Below the pieces are notes generated by a model, which worked only from the letters and a program-made list of their open reading frames with translations, had not been told where the DNA came from and did no database searches. From contig CM035353.1 of assembly GCA_020137815.1 (NCBI GenBank), positions 1,054,001 to 1,118,000 of the forward strand: a stretch of 64,000 nt of DNA. The letters run 5' to 3'. Shown here piece after piece: positions 1-11,720 of the stretch. Every line of letters begins with the position of its first letter. The first letter of the stretch is position 1. Origin of the DNA: Hormiphora californensis. Lineage: Eukaryota > Animalia > Ctenophora. Both the position numbers and the translations under genes were made by a program.

Positions 1-825
1 CTTCACCTGTAAACAGTACCGGGTGGTGTTGTGTTGATTGTGGTAGGTTACTCCTTTTACCCAGTTAAGTGAGTTGTGAAAGTGAAACATTTTGAGACCA
101 TTGCACTGCCTCTCCACCGCATCTCGTCGTCACAAACACGAAGCATACTTCTTCCCACAAGTCCTACAAATGGAAGATACGCCCATGATTTTGAAATCAT
201 TTGCACTGCCTCTCCACCGCCTCTCCTACGTGTCCTACCTGGGAGAAACAGTCAGGAAAGTATCCTCTTCATCGAGAGATTTATTTATTTGTCCTTTTAA
301 TCTTATGAATCGATATCTAAGTGCTCCACGTCATATGTGACAGGTAGATGTCTGGTAGGTCCAATGTCCATACAGGAGAAATCATTTACCCAGTCCAACC
401 TATGGTATATATGTTTTAATTAATATCAGTTGATACATGAGTTACTAGTTGTTGCATTTGTCTGCTTCTTTTCTTCGGATGTATAGCTGCTGTTCGAATG
501 GGTCTTGCTTATCTTTGACTAGTATAGCATGTTGCTCCAAGATAGCATTTCGTACATTAGCAGTGTCCAGTTTTCGGGTGCACTTGTATCGTATTCCATG
601 TGCATTGTCCCCTCATGTCAGTACATACAGAAGACTTCTATAACACAGGTACTCTGTTTCGAACTTGTCTGAATTTCGTCAGGAAATTGTTTGGGGGGGG
701 GGGGGGGGGTCTCTGGACAAACTCCATGTCCTGAAATATTCAAATATCAGATTTGTTCAACTCTACAGACTACACTATAAAATCTGGTCTCTGGATAGTG
801 GATTGTTAAATGTAGTAGTTAGTAC

Positions 826-1360
826 TTTGTATTTATTTATTGTCTTGACTGGGATCTTCAGTCTCTCTCCAATTTTGAGGGCAGCCTCATAGATGGTCGG
901 GTTCTTAAAGAAACAGGCCAAATCCCGAAGGATGGTGTAAGTCCTGGTGAGGGTCTCGCAGTCATCTCTGGCGTGACGGAATGCCAGTTCGATGATATGG
1001 GCCCCGTCCCAAATCCAAATGATCCTTATCCGGGGGATGCCTGATAGAGACAAACAACGAATTAAATTTGAAGCTCAAAGGAAGAATCAAGACATAGACA
1101 ATAGGTTGTTGTTTAACTTACCAAACTGGTCAGCTATGTGTTCGGCGTAATGAACACCAACAACCGCCCCATCGAAAGCCCCGCCAGTAAACCTCATGAG
1201 CTCAAGCTGGGGCATCCTCTCCCTGACTGTTTTTGTCAGCAACTTGGCCAGGCCCAACCCAGTTTGATCAGTGGCTGCAGGGTGGCCAAGATAAATAATC
1301 TCAGTTAACGGGCCACTTCCGGTCAGGTTGATGATCTTTATTGACAGGAGGCACCGTTTT
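826..1360 (-). pseudogene. Intron-containing hAT-like (ZNF862-type) transposase fragment, two exons (1122-1360, 826-1040)
   Basis: GT-AG intron 1041-1121 joins in frame to give ...TDQTGLGLAKLL...GGAFDGAVVG...WIWDGAHIIELAFRHARDD...LRDLACFFKNP. This resembles the hAT DG motif and the (C/D)xxH-x-LELA motif. Flanking exons could not be recovered in frame, so it is probably partial or dead. Confidence 0.55.
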
Positions 1361-2016
1361 CTGAAAAGGGAAGGTTAATAAATCATGAAGATCGAGACTG
1401 GTAACAAACTGCTCATTAGTGTCCAGCCCTAAAAAAGCTAAAGGTACCCTGATTTTGGTCGATGGCTTTTTTTAAGGCTGGACCCCCCCCCCATGTATCA
1501 TTTCTCTCCTTTAATCTTCATTATGAACCCTTTTTTGGCTGGAACTCCCCATCTATCCCACGAATAAGAGCGTTCTTGTGACATTGTCATGACAACCAGG
1601 GCAAGTTGTAACGGTTTATCTTTTTCGCAATTTCTTCAGTAATTCTACATACATGTGTTTTCCTAACTCCAACTAAACACAACGCATTCGGTAATATCCT
1701 TCCCCGTTATCCCACCCTCAACTTTCCCAGAATCCACCAATGTATAGCAGATTGGTAACTCAGCAGATTGGTAACTCAGCAGCCCTTCTCTATCTCACGA
1801 AGAACTATCATCGGATATAGCTGATGTTCGAATGGTTATTTTTTATTGGTGATCAAGGGGTTAGAACATAACATAGCAAACATAATGTCATAACAAATCT
1901 TGATTGGCTCCCCCGTGAAAATTGTATATTGATAAGTATTTGCTAATGATATGTTAGTTTATTTAAATTATCAATTATCAAACCAATATATTTTTAGATT
2001 TTTTAACTCTATTTCT

Positions 2017-2553
2017 TTATTTATTTACATATAATTTAGAAAACCATTTCCTACATTTAAACATTAAAACAAAAAAGCATGCAGTTACAAAGAGTGTCCC
2101 GGCCAATATCCAAACTACGATGACCAATACTCTCACTCTCTCTATATACATAGCTATCTCGGCCTCTCCTTGCTTTCTCTCTGCTTGTAATTGTCCCATT
2201 AGTCGCAGGTCCCCTTTCTTCCTCTCTCTTTGGGCCTCCAATAGAAACTCCGGCTGTGCGTTGCACAGGTCTGTAGCACAATGCTCGCATTGCTCCAAAC
2301 TAATCTGGCAGCCCCCACATCCAGTGACTCCCTGAGCATCTCCCAGATAACAAACTGGGTACAAATCTCTGAAAGAACGAGGCACGTGATACTTTTTAGC
2401 TATTATTGCAATTCATATCTTCTTACTTGTGCTAACTAGTTTTACTTACCCACTAGGGCATTCCCTAATTAGGGATCCCTCATAACAGAGGAGAGCGTCC
2501 ACAAATAAGCCACAGAAAATAGCAAGCAAGACGGCGTGCAAAAGTTTGAACAT
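2017..2553 (-). CDS. Signal peptide + 8-Cys Ly6/three-finger-like domain + helical stalk + single TM protein, 151 aa, two exons (2450-2553, 2017-2368)
   Basis: ATG at 2553: MFKLLHAVLLAIFCGLFVDA|LLCYEGSLIRECPSG. Intron gtaag...tttcag (2369-2449) keeps frame into DLYPVCYLGDAQGVTGCGGCQISLEQCEHCATDLCN. LxCY start and CxTDLCN end are typical of the LU/three-finger fold. Hydrophobic VLVIVVWILAGTLFVTACFFVLMF is followed by a basic tail. Confidence 0.75.
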
Positions 2554-3124
2554 TTTGAAATAATGAAATAATGCAGTAAAATAGCTGTTCACTGTCAAAA
2601 TGGCAGAGTCAATGTGACATAGTCAATGTGCCAGTGAAACCTCTCCGGAGGAGCATGATGACCATGGATGTAATTCTTTGGTTTCCGCACCGGTAGCTCC
2701 ACAAATCCGTGTATGAGTCTCTTGCCGTATTTCTCTAGTGGTTGAGAATATGAACTCAGTTATGAATAGGGAGATCAAATTTAACTTCTGAATTTATATT
2801 ACAATATCTATGATTCTATTTAAGTTAGTGACATCATTTTTACCTTCCGGTTTATTATCCCTCTGGGTAGTGTCGCGTTAATTAATAACAATTATAATAA
2901 TAACAGCCTGTTATGTATTTGAATAGGTATTTGACACATGCAGGTGTAGTAAGGTGTATTTTACTCGGATCTTAGATTTGCATGGGTGTCCAATTCCATT
3001 TACCATTGTCCATATAACTGTGTCCATATAATAACTGTGTCGAAAAATGTCAACACCATCGGTGGTGTAACCCGTATTGTTAATCCGCCAACATCTACTT
3101 CCAGAACCTGATATAGATTAATTA

Positions 3125-4085
3125 CAGTCGGACCCCGATTTACCGGGATCCTCGGGGGAAGCCATTTTGCCCGGTAAATCGGGGTGCCCGGTATATCGGG
3201 GTAGAGCATATTTGACCCATAAATCCTACTTTTGTCCAAAATTCTATACACCTCTAATTGTATAGTATACATTTATTGATGACAATATGATCATTGCTTC
3301 TGTCATTATAGAAATAGAAAATTTAAAAAATTCAAAAAAAAATGTGAAAACTTTTTCTAAGGTAAACCACCCCGACCGAGTCCGAATCATGTTTCGAATC
3401 GATGCATCTTATCGCATGTCCTGCCGCTAATTAGACGGTTCGAAACGAACCGATACGTGATACCATGCCGAATCTGGGCACCATAAGCGGGGTGAGGAAG
3501 TATCAAAGTTTCAAAATAGCTTTTTCTCTGAAAATTTACGGGGAGCATCGATCAAAGCATTGACAATGATTCTGTAAAATTTTGCAATAAGAAATTATGA
3601 AATTTGTCTAAGGTATTATACCAGCCACGTTCGAATCGTGTTTCGAATCGGTGTATCTTATCACGTGTCCTGCCGCTAATTAGACGGTTCGAAAGGAACC
3701 GATATGTGATACCATGCCGAATCTGGGCACCCTAAGCGGGGTGAGGAAGTATCAAAATTTCAAAATAACTTTTTCTCTGAAAATTTACGGGGAGCATCGA
3801 TCAAAGAATTGACAATCGTTCTGTAAAATTTTGCAAAAAAGTTATGAAATTTTTCTAAGGTATACCAGACACGTTCGAATCGTGTTTCGAATCGGTACAT
3901 CTTATCACGTGTCCTACCGCTAATTAGAAGGTTTGAAACGAACCGATACGTGATCCCCATTAGACCTAGCGAATTGCAAATGCAAGTTTACCAACCGGCA
4001 AAACTTCGAAAATTTTCCAAAAAAAAAATCGGGGGAAAGAAATCCTCCCGGTAAATCGGGGTTCCGGTAAATCGGGGTCCGACTG
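3125..4085. mobile_element. Non-autonomous Tc1/mariner-pogo-type element with internal ~240-bp tandem repeats
   Basis: TIR CAGTCGGACCCCGATTTACCGG / CCGGTAAATCGGGGTCCGACTG with TA on both sides; about 2.5 internal copies of a ~240-bp unit (about 3350-3960). Confidence 0.85.
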
Positions 4086-4298
4086 TATTCCATTTCCTTC
4101 TTCTTGCTTTAGGGAGGGTTTTGGGGGATCGACAATTTATTATAACAGTTGCCAGTGCTTTAATATAACCCGTTACTAAAGGCACCATGTCAACTAACGT
4201 GTTATATACTTTTATACTGCTTAGTTGATCTAAGATCTTGTTTGTGATATCATGACCCCATTATCTCATTAGCAATTTCGCCATTGTAAATTGTATTG

Positions 4299-4523
4299 TA
4301 AAGTCGGATTTTTTGAAACTGTCGTACCCCTGAAATAACAAAATTTGTCATATCTCCGATTCCTGATAAGATAGAGACTTTAAATTTGGAGGTTCGGAAG
4401 AACTTAGCAAGATCTTCGTAACCTCCAAATTTCAAGTCTCTATCTCATCAGGAACCGGACTTATGGTCATTAAAGACATTTGAAAACTCTAAAAAATCGA
4501 CAGTTATTTAAAATCAGACTATA
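4299..4523. mobile_element. Palindromic MITE (CTGATAAGATAGAGAC-core family)
   Basis: Imperfect inverted arms AGTCGGATTTT...AAAATCAGACT with TA flanks; the inner core is shared with 6448-6677 and 37356-37592. Confidence 0.55.
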
Positions 4524-6447
4524 GTGTCCAGCTTCCCCAATATTTTCTAGCCTAACTCAGTATCATTATCGTATTTATATTCAGGCGGCCTAAATCAAGG
4601 CGATGTTGGCCGCCAGCCCTGTGGCAGTAGTTCTGTGCTGTGAATTCGCATTCTTGGGGCCTGGGAATTCTGGGCGCCTAGCCTTGCTGCAAGTCTGTTC
4701 TGTGCAGTCCTTTGTCCAGCCATACTAGTCTATGAGGATTGGAAGTAGATTTTCAAACCTCACTCAGTATCATGATTGTAATTTATATACACCCCCGGCG
4801 TAGCATGCACTCGATGTGTGCCCCACGCCATGTCACATGTTATCTCTGTCGTTACAGTAACGCGCGGCCCTCTTCTGTGTGTTGGGAGAGCGCGCAGTAA
4901 GCATCACCAAGACAATGAAACATGTGCTCTCACTGCTCTTTCTCTCTTGAATTCTCCCGCCTTCATTTCCAAATCTGTCGTTTTACTGCTGTGTGCTTGT
5001 CAACTGTGTCTATTATATCGTCTTTGATACCTTTCTGTTTGGATCGCTGTAAAATGCCTCTTTATTTATATTTCCTACTATGAACTCAATTTATGTTGAT
5101 GTCATGACAATGTCAGTACTTTGAATTTGTGACATGGTGATTTAGTCAATTTGTCGCAATCCTAATATTGATAACATTGTTATATGAACTTGTACCGTGT
5201 ACACTTTTACTTTGGATTGTGCCGTATTATAATAGGGTGGTTTGAAGGGTACTATGCCAAGTTGTGTGTACACTTTCCTGCCATGCAATGTAAAATGTAT
5301 CTCAGGGGGGGGGGGGGGGAGGGCATCTCATGTATCTCTCATGTGACTGACTAGAATTATAATCAACTAACAAATTTAATTACTCCTTTTCTACAATTGT
5401 GTCCGACCGATGCTTTACCTTATCGGTGGGGCTGCTCAATTGTGTACAACCAACGCATGAATTTGAACAAAAACTAGGTCCCTAAATCTCCAAGGGACAC
5501 TGCTTTCTCAAATACCATCAACAATATAGCAGATGATAGCATGTTGCCGTGGTGCATGTTGCCGTGGTGCATGTTGCCGTGGCGCTCTAGTTTATCAGTA
5601 GTTTCCATCGTGTGGGCTGCCTGTCTGTGCCTTTACAATGTAGCCTTCGTGGAGGAGAAAAATGAGCAGGCGCTACAATCGTAGTTCCGTGGCTCCTCAA
5701 CCGTGTATAGCCAACGCATGAACATCAATTGTGATGTGTCCCACTCTGCCGTGTCACTTAGTATGGCATTGTGTAGGTGTCCCCTCACTTGCTGCACCTG
5801 GTCTCTTTCCAACTGTTACCGACCACAAAGACCTTGATACTGGTCTGCTTCAAATTGTATATAACCACCCCATGAATTGAGATGATAGATAAACTCGAAT
5901 ATACCTTTATCCTCCTGTTGGTGGCAGGCGTACCCGCCATGGTACCCTCGAAGGCCCTGATCTCTTTCCATACTCTATCACATCTGCACAGCTGTTTGCA
6001 TATGCAGTCGCTCGCACCTCGGCGGATTCTCCTCTGGCTCTCCGGATTCGGGCCAGCGCCTCCTCTAGTGTGGCGTGGTGGGCGGCGAATGCCTGAGGGG
6101 GGAATACTCCTTCAGGATCTAATGACCCCACTCTCTCGTCCCAGGCCCTTATGACGGCCTCCTGCGTGGTCAGGCTGGCAAAGTTGATGGTCCGCGCTGG
6201 GTTCCGGGGACGGCTATCTCTCTCCCGGGGCTGACGCTGGTTGTCGGTTCTTCTTCCCAGCCTGTCCCTGATATCTCCCCTGGGCCTGGATTGTGCCGTA
6301 TTATAATAGGGTGGTTTGAAGGGTTCTATGCCAAGTTGTGTGTACACTTTCCTGCCATGTGACTGACTAGAATTATAATCAACTAACAAATTTAATTAAT
6401 CTCTTGCTCTAGGAGGGCTTCATCTTCTCCAGGGGTCGTCTGTTCTA

Positions 6448-6677
6448 ATGTACTCGGCAAACACAGTTGGCGTAAGTTGCTTGTCAGCGCCATATTTCAG
6501 ACGGTCATAGCTCCACTCCCTGGTGAGATAGAGACTCGAAATTTGTTTTGTAAGAGAAACTCGATATGATCTCCTTACAAAACAAATTTCGAGTCTCTTC
6601 TTATCAGGAGTAAGCTATGACCGTCTGAAATTTGGCGCTGACAAGCAACTTACGCCAACTGTGTTTGCCGAGTACAT
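6448..6677. mobile_element. 230-bp hairpin MITE, TA TSD
   Basis: Near-perfect palindrome ATGTACTCGGCAAACAC...GTGTTTGCCGAGTACAT flanked by TA; a paralogous empty site GTCGTCTAGTGGGGG lies at about 9911. Confidence 0.85.
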
Positions 6678-7654
6678 TAGTGGGGGTAGTTCCTCTCTGG
6701 GAGGGGTGGATAATTGATTGTGTGCCTTGTCAGTGTATCCTTCGTGGTGAAAAAAGAGGGGACTTAGTTACGGGTCCTCTCCAATTGTGATGTGTCCTAT
6801 TGTGATTTGTCGCGGCAGTCCGCTGCTGTGTCCCACTCTGCCGTGGCACTTAGTGTGGCATTGTGTAGGTGTCCCCTCACTTGCTGCACCTTGTTTCTTT
6901 CCAACTGTTACACAAAGACCTTGATACTGGTCTGCTTCAAATTGTATACAGCCACCCCCCATGAATTGGGATGATAGATAAACTCGTTGAATATATTTTC
7001 TCTCATTATTATGGCTCATAACATCGCTTTCCTATAATCCATTTTCCCCATGTTGCCACAGGCCCGTGTTTAGCGATAAAGCTCCGCTGTTATTCCGTGA
7101 AATCCCGGGGGTGTACCGTTTGGCTACCATGTTTTCTGGTAGTTGCTAGTTTCGTTCTGTACCAATTATGTAAAATTTAGTTTTTTATTTGTGTGAACTG
7201 ATTGTGGATTATGTTGTATCCCACATTTCAGTTCAGTTGTATGATGTTGCGTGCGGGTACTTAAAGCATTTAATCCCCGCTGACTGTATTTATATTAACT
7301 AGATTTAGATTAACCAATTTGACACAATTGTTCGTCCTTTTTGCCTTCAACAGTACACGGACGAACTTTTGAGCATTCATTTCTTCGTTTAGTCTTCAGA
7401 CTTTGATAATCTTCTGAAACTTTTGCACCTCTAGTGACAAGATTAGCTTACCGTAACTTTACGGGGCTTCTCAATTGTGTAGAGCCTCCAAATGAATGTC
7501 AAGAACAGTACGAACCTTTATGTAGCCTGTCGGGGTCTTTGCCTTTGTTGTCGCGAAGAATTGACCGGCACTACATGTGTAATTAAGTGGTTCCTCAATG
7601 GTATACATCTGCCCCATGAACTGGGGGTGATAATGCTCCTCTTATCTCGTTTTA

Positions 7655-7780
7655 ATTAAGTTCCGAAAATTGTCTCATTTCCAAATTTTTCATGGATTTA
7701 TTGACAGTCAAGTCTAACGGTTGAAAGAGGTGCGTCATATTCGTAGGTACCCCCGCTATGACGAAATCTTTGGTCTTCAT
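7655..7780 (-). pseudogene. pogo/Tigger (DDE_1) transposase fragment; further copies at about 10830-10935 and 13560-13684
   Basis: Minus-strand translation MKTKDFVIAGVPTNMTHLFQPLDLTVNKSMKNLEMRQFSE matches the PxNxTxxxQPxDxxVN motif around the third catalytic Asp. Confidence 0.65.
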
Positions 7781-8193
7781 AAGGAAGAGAACTAGAAGTA
7801 GAAATGTTATCATTATTTAATTCGATGTCTTGGTTTAGTTTTTTACCCTAAAACAGCATTTTTTGGTGTCGAGTCGCAGGCTACAATCAAGGACCTCCCG
7901 TTCGTATCTCTGTTGGTGTCCATATCGAGGTTTTGTTCTGATGGTGGGAAAGAAAATGGGGGTTATTCAGCCAGCAGGTCCACGGCAACGTGACTAAGCC
8001 CCGATCCCCCAACATACAGATGAGATATCAGGGCTCAGCTGGCACGAAGAGCTCATTTCTGAGCTTCCCCCCCTTGGAATTGAACACATGGATATCTATG
8101 TGAAGGAATGGTTGCATTCACTTGTTTTTATAAATCCTATTTTTAAATTTTCTGTGTTTTTCACTCCAACCGCCTTTCCTTTCCAGGCCTATT

Positions 8194-8986
8194 TAGTAGA
8201 GTCGATAACTACATCGACCTCTCCCAATTGTTCCAGTTTTTGTCACATCTGTTTGGAGCCTCGACACGACCTCTAAACAGGTGTTACTTTTTCACAAACT
8301 GTTTTCATCTTGGTGTAATCAGCATTTGAAATGTTGCTGATCATAACAAAAACCTAACTATTTTTTTTCAACTTGGGGTAAAACCATGGGTGTCAAAAGT
8401 TAGCTCTAGGTCCCCTGAGTAACCATCCGGAGACTCTAAGAGATATTTCAAGCCGTTCTCCCGTGATCATTAATCCCGGTAGAGCACATATTTGAGTATG
8501 GATGTACGTGCAATTGCCTACAACCTCAACTTTAATGTATAACGTTAATGTGCGTCTCTCTCTTTTCTCCCCCTTGAGAAAGAGTTATCTCGCGCGGCGC
8601 AACCGCACGTGCGGTTTTTCCAGAGAGAGTGAGAGACATACAATAACATGTAAACAGCCTGCCAGCGCTCACGTACGTCCGCATTGTATTTTCTTCTCCA
8701 CCGGGATTAATGATTACGGGAGAACGGCTTGAAATATCTCTTAGAGTCTCCGGATGGTTACTCAGGGGACCTAGAGCTAACTTTTGACACCCATGGTTTT
8801 ACCCCAAGTTGAAAAAAAATAGTTAGGTTTTTGTTATGATCAGCAACATTTCAAATGCTGATTACACCAAGATGAAAACAGTTTGTGAAAAAGTAACACC
8901 TGTTTAGAGGTCGTGTCGAGGCTCCAAACAGATGTGACAAAAACTGGAACAATTGGGAGAGGTCGATGTAGTTATCGACTCTACTA
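8194..8986. mobile_element. Foldback DNA element with TAGTAG...CTACTA ends, ~290-bp TIRs, 3-bp TSD ATT (Academ-like)
   Basis: CCT-ATT-[TAGTAGAGTCG...CGACTCTACTA]-ATT-AACGTG; the empty site CCTATTAACGTG is present at about 13246. Confidence 0.85.
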
Positions 8987-11594
8987 ATTAACGTGAAGTG
9001 TGAACTATTGCTCTTTATGATCTTTATGATAATCTTCTGACACTTTTGCACCTCTAGTGACGAGATTAGCTTTCTTTCCCAATTTACTGTGCAACCGTAA
9101 CTTTACGGGGCTTCTCAATTGTGTAGAGTCACCAAATGAATGTTAAGAACAGTATGAGCCTTTATGTAGCCTGTCGGGGTCTTTGCCTTTGTGGTCGCGA
9201 AGAATTGACCGGCACTACATGTGTAATTAAGTGGTTCCTCGATGGTATACATCTACCCTATGAATTGGGGATGATAGAAAATCTTTCATTAAACTTCCTC
9301 TCGTTATCAGTCAACAAATTGTGATTTTTACTAAGTCTGGCACAAAACGTCGCTTTCCTATCCATTTTTCCCCCATGTGATAATGCTCCTCTGTTACTCC
9401 GTGAAATCATGGGTGTGCCGCTTGGCCATCCCTCTCTCAATGTTCTCTCATTTTGTAGTTACTAATTACTAGGCATTTTATTCTGTACCAATTATGTATG
9501 ATTTAGAGGGTCTCTCACCAGTGTGGATCCTCATCACTGAAACTTTGGATTCTAGTGATAAACTCGTTGAATCCGCTCACCGCTGTTATTCCGTGAAATT
9601 CCGGGGGTGTACCGTCTGGCTAACATGTTTACTCATGATCTGGTAGTTGCTAGTTTCGTTCTGCATCAATTATGTATAATTTAGTTTTTTATTTGTGTGG
9701 ACTGATTGTGGATCATTTTGTGTCCCACATTTCAGTTCAGTTCAGGTGTAGGAGAAAAAAGAGGGGACGGGGCTCTTCAATTGTGATGTGTCCTACTCTA
9801 CCGTGGCACTTAAACTTATTAGTATGGTATTTGTCGCTGCTACTAGAATTATAATCAACTAACAAATTTAATTAATCTCTTGCTCTAGGAGGGCTTCATC
9901 CTCTCCAGGGGTCGTCTAGTGGGGGTAGTTCCTCTCTGGGAGGGGTGGATAATTGATTGTGTGCCTTGTCAGTGTATCCTTCGTGGTGGCGAAAAAAGAG
10001 GGGACTTAGTTACGGGTCCTCTCCAATTGTGATGTGTCCTATTGTGATTTGTCCCACTCTGCCGTGGCATTGGTTGTGTAGGTGTCCCCCCAGTTGCTAC
10101 ACCTCGTTTCTTTCCAACTGTTTGCCGACCACAAAGACCTTGATACTGGTCTGCTTCAAATTGTATACAGCCACCCCATGAATTGAGATGATAGATAAAC
10201 TCGTTGAATATACTTCCTCTCGTTGTTTAAATTATGGCTCAAAACGTCGCTTTCCTATCCATTTCCCCATGTTGCCACAGGCCCGTGTTTAGCGACAATG
10301 CCCCGCTGTTATTCCGTGAAATCCCGGGGGTGTACCGTCTGGCTACCATGTTTACTCATGATCTGGTAACTTTGCTAGTTTCGTTCTGTATCAATTATGT
10401 AAAAGTTAGTTTTTTATTTGTGTGGACTGATTGTGGATCATTTTGTATCCCACATTTCAGTTCAGTTATTCAGTTGTTTCAATAGTTCAGTACATGTGTA
10501 CGAACTTTTGAGCATTCATTTCTTCGTGATAATCTTTAGTGACAAGATTAGCTTTCTTTCCCAATTTACTGTGCAACCGTAACTTTACAGGGCTGATCCT
10601 CAACTGTGTAGAGTCACCAAATGAATGTCAAGAACACTACGAACCTTTATGTAGCCTGTCGGGGTCTTTGGCTTTATGGTCGCGAAGAATTGACTGGCAC
10701 TGCATGTGTAATTAAGTGGTTCCTCGATGGTATACAACCACCCTATGAATTAACAATTATGTATAATTTAGTTTTTAATTAGTGTGGACTGATTGTGGAT
10801 CATTTTGTATCCCACATTTCAGTTGCTCTGTCTCATTTCCAAATTTGTCATGGATTTATTGACGGTCAAGTCTAATGGTTGAAAGAGGTGCGTCATATTC
10901 GTAGGTACCTCCGCTATGACGAAATCTTTGGTCTTCAAAAGGAAGACTAGAAGTAGAAATGTTATCATTATTTAATTCGATCAGTAGTTTCCATCGTGTG
11001 GGCAGCCTGTCAGTGCCTTTTCAGTGTAGCCTTCGTGGTGGCGGAAAAAGGGGACCACAATCATAAAAAACAATACTTTTTTCAAGGAGAGACAGCACTC
11101 CTGCCTGAAAATAAAAGCAAATTAAAGACGTATGAGATAGATCAATCACGAAAGAATTATTTTATCGGATCTGAATACAGATTTGGTTTTACTGTTAATC
11201 TAATAGAATTATAGTATTTTATGAACAATAAAACATACCCACCAGCTGGTATTGGCATTCACCCCGTCTGTACCAAGGATCTCCACGTTGTGCACCCTGC
11301 CGGTTTCTTTGCCTTAATGGTCGCGAAGAACGGACCGGCACTACATGTGTAATTAAGTGGTTCCTCAATGGTATACAACCACCCCATGAATTGGGGTGAT
11401 AGAAACTCGTAATCAGTCAACATGACGTGCCTTTTATCACGTCGCTTTCCTATCCATTTTCCCCATGTGATAATGCTTCTCTGTTACTCCGTGAAATCCC
11501 AGGGTCATTTCGTTCTGCATCAATTATGTATAATTTAGTTTTTTATTTGTGTGGACTGATTGTGGATCATTTTGTGTCCCACATTTCAGTTGCT

Positions 11595-11720
11595 ATGTTT
11601 GCTCTGGTCAGCCAGCCGGTATTGGCATTTTCGCCGTCTGTTCCAAGGATCTCTACGTTGTCCGTCTTCATATCGTGGTGTTTGAAATGCCCCTCGGTAG
11701 CTTCTTTTTGTACGTGTGCT
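11595..11720 (-). pseudogene. hAT-like transposase fragment (second copy at about 11240-11295)
   Basis: Translation HFKHHDMKTDNVEILGTDGENANTGWL resembles the GxDGxxxNTG motif around the second catalytic Asp of hAT-family transposases. Confidence 0.45.

Noticed and set aside
445-668. Possible next exon of the hAT-like gene, or a GIY-YIG-like remnant (LLYVLT*G...RY)
   Set aside because: Stops in all three frames and motif similarity too weak.
5907-6389. 160-aa ORF
   Set aside because: Begins in a repeated mosaic module with a non-ATG start; no recognisable domain. May be a decayed exon.
10150-10290. WQHGE...NEFIYHLNS resembling a Penelope-type RT
   Set aside because: Spacing is wrong, no YxDD, and another frame gives the better-conserved FMxWLYTI motif.
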